Shown piece after piece: positions 61,550-64,000 of a stretch of 64,000 nucleotides of DNA. Position numbers and translations under genes: made by a program. The stretch comes from a virus. A model generated the notes under the pieces. That model was not told the DNA's origin. It saw only the letters and a program-made list of their open reading frames with translations, and did not search any database. Positions within the stretch are counted from its first letter, which is position 1. Every line of letters starts with the position of its first letter. The DNA is taken from positions 14,595 to 78,594 of IMG/VR virus record IMGVR_UViG_3300023181_000029; one strand, written 5' to 3'.

Positions 61550-62198
61550 CCTCCTTGCCTGTGACGCTACTAAGAATCGATGCGCAATTATTAGAAGCAG
61601 GATTATATACACTTCCGCGTTTAGCTTCTATACTATCTATATTAATACCCTCTACTGGAACGAATATCATATTTTTAAGCATGTGTCTACGTAACGGCAC
61701 CTTTGTATAGACGTTCTTCTGAAATGTATAAATATATCCATTTGCTATCAAGGCGCACCCCGAAACTTCTGTCCCATTCCATGTAGTTAGGAACTGCCAA
61801 AAATTACTAGGCCTAAAGAACGCCACTACAATTCCTCCCACATACTCTGTAGCTAAACCCTTTAGCGAGTGCTTATAATCCAGCCATAAACCTAGAGTTA
61901 GGCCAAAAACGATAGGTACCAACGATAGCGCTATTGATAGGTTGTATCTTTCGCTTAAAAATAGGTAATCAGGAATATCATAAGCCAAAGTAGCCGTGTA
62001 TGTGATGCAAGCAATTGTCGCCACTCTTTCTTTAGTCTTATACATTAAGCAACCAATAAACACCCATGCAATACATCGGCTAACTATAATGCATAAGTCA
62101 TTTACATAGAATGAGAAGTCACCCTCAAAAAGAAGGTCGAAGTAGTTTAGTACTACTCCGACCAATATGATTATAAATGTGACTATTTTAAGGTTCAT
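61503..62198 (-). CDS. Multi-TM protein with a possible permuted papain-like C-terminal domain
   Basis: About four TM segments, then YNPASNNC. Confidence 0.5.
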   Translation of the reverse strand: MNLKIVTFIIILVGVVLNYFDLLFEGDFSFYVNDLCIIVSRCIAWVFIGCLMYKTKERVATIACITYTATLAYDIPDYLFLSERYNLSIALSLVPIVFGLTLGLWLDYKHSLKGLATEYVGGIVVAFFRPSNFWQFLTTWNGTEVSGCALIANGYIYTFQKNVYTKVPLRRHMLKNMIFVPVEGINIDSIEAKRGSVYNPASNNCASILSSVTGKEVILPNLYLKQLLSRR

Positions 62199-62283
62199 TA
62201 CCTATGGACTTTAATAGGGCATCTCTTGCGTCTACCGCGTTTTACGGGAAGCATGCTAACCGCTCTATGGATTATTACGCTTG

Positions 62284-62559
62284 TCATGCTAGGAACGGTT
62301 GAACTCTTAGGTAAAGGCCATTCAGGTTATCATTTACCGCTTCTATTTTAGAGCCTGCTTGAAACAGGTAGGTTATTTTGTTGTTGATAGATACTGGCGA
62401 ATGCGAGAAATCATTTGCAACCGTCAATGTGCCTGAATCCGGCGCTAAGTATTCTACATAAACAGCGTCGCCTTTCTTAAGGGTGTTCATGGTTGAACTT
62501 GCTTCAATTGCTATGTCGCAGTTCGGGGTAAAGCTCATTTCTTCGTATCCTGATGGCAT
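62284..62559 (-). CDS. Hypothetical protein
   Basis: Beta-rich 91 aa; first gene of a leftward unit. Confidence 0.5.
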   Translation of the reverse strand: MPSGYEEMSFTPNCDIAIEASSTMNTLKKGDAVYVEYLAPDSGTLTVANDFSHSPVSINNKITYLFQAGSKIEAVNDNLNGLYLRVQPFLA

Positions 62560-62624
62560 ATTTTTTTCTTGCGAATATAGCGCGAAACTTTGAATATGTG
62601 GGTTAAAGTTTTGTGAAATATTAT

Positions 62625-62659
62625 TTGGTTGTTTGAAAACATTGTATTACATTTGTGAC
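62625..62659 (+). promoter_or_regulatory. Bacteroidota promoter, probably leaderless
   Basis: TTG at 62625-62627, 20 nt, TACATTTG at 62648-62655, 4 nt, ATG at 62660. Confidence 0.6.
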
Positions 62660-63779
62660 ATGGAAACTGAGCAGATGAAGTTTTACAAAGAACTTGCGAG
62701 GCGTGTAACTCGTAATGGGGTGCCTCGTGATATTGAAATATCTAAGCAGGTTTCGCAATATGCTATCAGCGAGTTAAGCGTTGTAAGATATTTAACCCAT
62801 AAAAATAATATAAAAACCTCATAAAATGAACATCCAAGCAGCAATAGACAAAATTAGTCAAATTAACCAAGAGCAACCATCAGAAGTTAAATCAACAGTC
62901 TTAAAAGAGGCGGTTAGTGCTGCCGTCCATCAGTTGCGTAAATCGAGAACTAAGTTAAGCGATATGAAGCGTAAGGGCATAAAGATAATACCATGAGTAA
63001 GCTATGCAAACAGAAAGAACACGCTTGGGAGCAGATGCAGGATATGCCACGCCGCTATAAATGCACCATTTGCAATGTTATCGGTAAGATTCGTTGTAGT
63101 ATGAAAAATAAAGGGACTAAAGTTTTGCCAATTCAATAATAAACCGCATTTATGAAAGAAGGAGAAATAGTAGTACTGGATAGTGGCCGCAAAAATGGTG
63201 GGCCTGTTAGGCTGGTAAAATTACGCCAATTTTATGCCCGTGTTAAAGACGAACAAACAGGCGAAGAATGGGACGTAATGAAGTTTCGGTTAGACTCATT
63301 TGATGAAAAATATAAGCAATCCAAGCAGTACAAGGAATTATTGTTTCAAGGTCAAAATATGCACCCTGATATAAATCACCCAGACAGATGAAAGCATATC
63401 AAGAACAAGAAACGTACATATCAGAGGCCATTAGGCAGCTTAATAACCTAGGCTGTGACCATGACAGAGGTATAATTAAAGAATATTTTCAAGACGAATG
63501 GCCTATTGAAGATGCAGTTTATGATATAGCGTCAAAGCAAACTGACATTGAACTATAAAATAATCCGCACATGACAATAGCGCAAAAGAAGAGAGCAGCT
63601 AGGATATTTGCTTTCTCTATATTGTGGAATTGCATTCCAAGCATAACCGATGAGGATTCTGATGAAGCAGCAGAGGTTTTGTTGTGCTTAAACGATTACG
63701 TACACCATAACTTGCAAAAGTTAAAAAGCGATGGCGTATCTGATTTAGGAAGGGCAATCGAACAAGTTAAAAAAGCAAA

Positions 63780-63962
63780 ATGAGCCGACCATACAAGCAA
63801 GACTTAACAGCAAAAATAATAATCCGCGTACATCCAGATACAAAAGCGGCAGTCGTTAAGGCCGCAGGGAAAAGAACAATCAGCGATGAATTAAGACCGG
63901 ATATTGAGAAGAAATATTTGAAACCTGATTTTATAATTGAACTTGAAACCACCAAGAAATGA
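63780..63962 (+). CDS. Ribbon-helix-helix-like DNA-binding protein
   Basis: MSRP....AKIIIRVHP..K..V..AA..RTISD.LR; C-terminal 13 aa identical to the HTH at 32210..32434. Confidence 0.6.
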   Translation: MSRPYKQDLTAKIIIRVHPDTKAAVVKAAGKRTISDELRPDIEKKYLKPDFIIELETTKK

Positions 63963-64000
63963 CAATAGCACAATGGTTAGATAGATTGCCAGAGCCTATA
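63924..64000 (+). repeat. Inverted repeat, copy B (runs off the window end)
   Basis: Exact reverse complement of 32172..32248. Confidence 0.95.
63959..64000 (+). CDS. 5' part of a second copy of the 'LPEP' gene
   Basis: MTIAQWLDRLPEPI is identical to the start of 31974..32213. Confidence 0.75.
   Translation, partial: MTIAQWLDRLPEPI

Noticed and set aside
1-64000. tRNA genes, integrase/att site, group I or II introns around the HNH genes
   Set aside because: No tRNA T-loop or cloverleaf and no recombinase motifs were seen. The HNH genes are free-standing and do not visibly split another gene.

Overview
The window is most of the genome of a tailed dsDNA phage, probably a podovirus. A Bacteroidota host is inferred from many TTG-N18-21-TAnnTTTG/A promoters, Shine-Dalgarno-less A/C-rich leaders and signal peptides followed by Gln. 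Bases 1-31.7 kb (+) form a virion and lysis module in crAss-like order: terminase, portal, scaffold, major capsid, ring proteins, nozzle, three ejection proteins, fibre-like genes, M15 endolysin and holins. No virion RNA polymerase motif was seen. Bases 31.8-64 kb hold small early and accessory genes plus a replication/recombination set: an iteron-containing initiator, a T7 gp4/Twinkle-like primase-helicase, RecE/RecT, a RuvC-like resolvase, HNH nucleases and a Tad2-like anti-defence gene. No DNA polymerase, integrase, tRNA, CRISPR array or reverse transcriptase was seen. The most unusual signals are: (1) an exact inverted repeat of at least 77 bp bracketing the whole 31.7 kb early/replication half, with both junctions inside small DNA-binding genes; (2) a self-promoted, translationally coupled three-gene membrane operon ending in a membrane-anchored, ATPase-less second terminase nuclease domain; (3) fibre/collagen genes carrying Sec signal peptides; (4) a 7-nt kissing-loop RNA leader, a UUU-UAA +1 frameshift candidate, apparent leaderless transcripts and three distinct operator-like motifs. 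All family assignments come from motif recognition by eye; no database searches were run.
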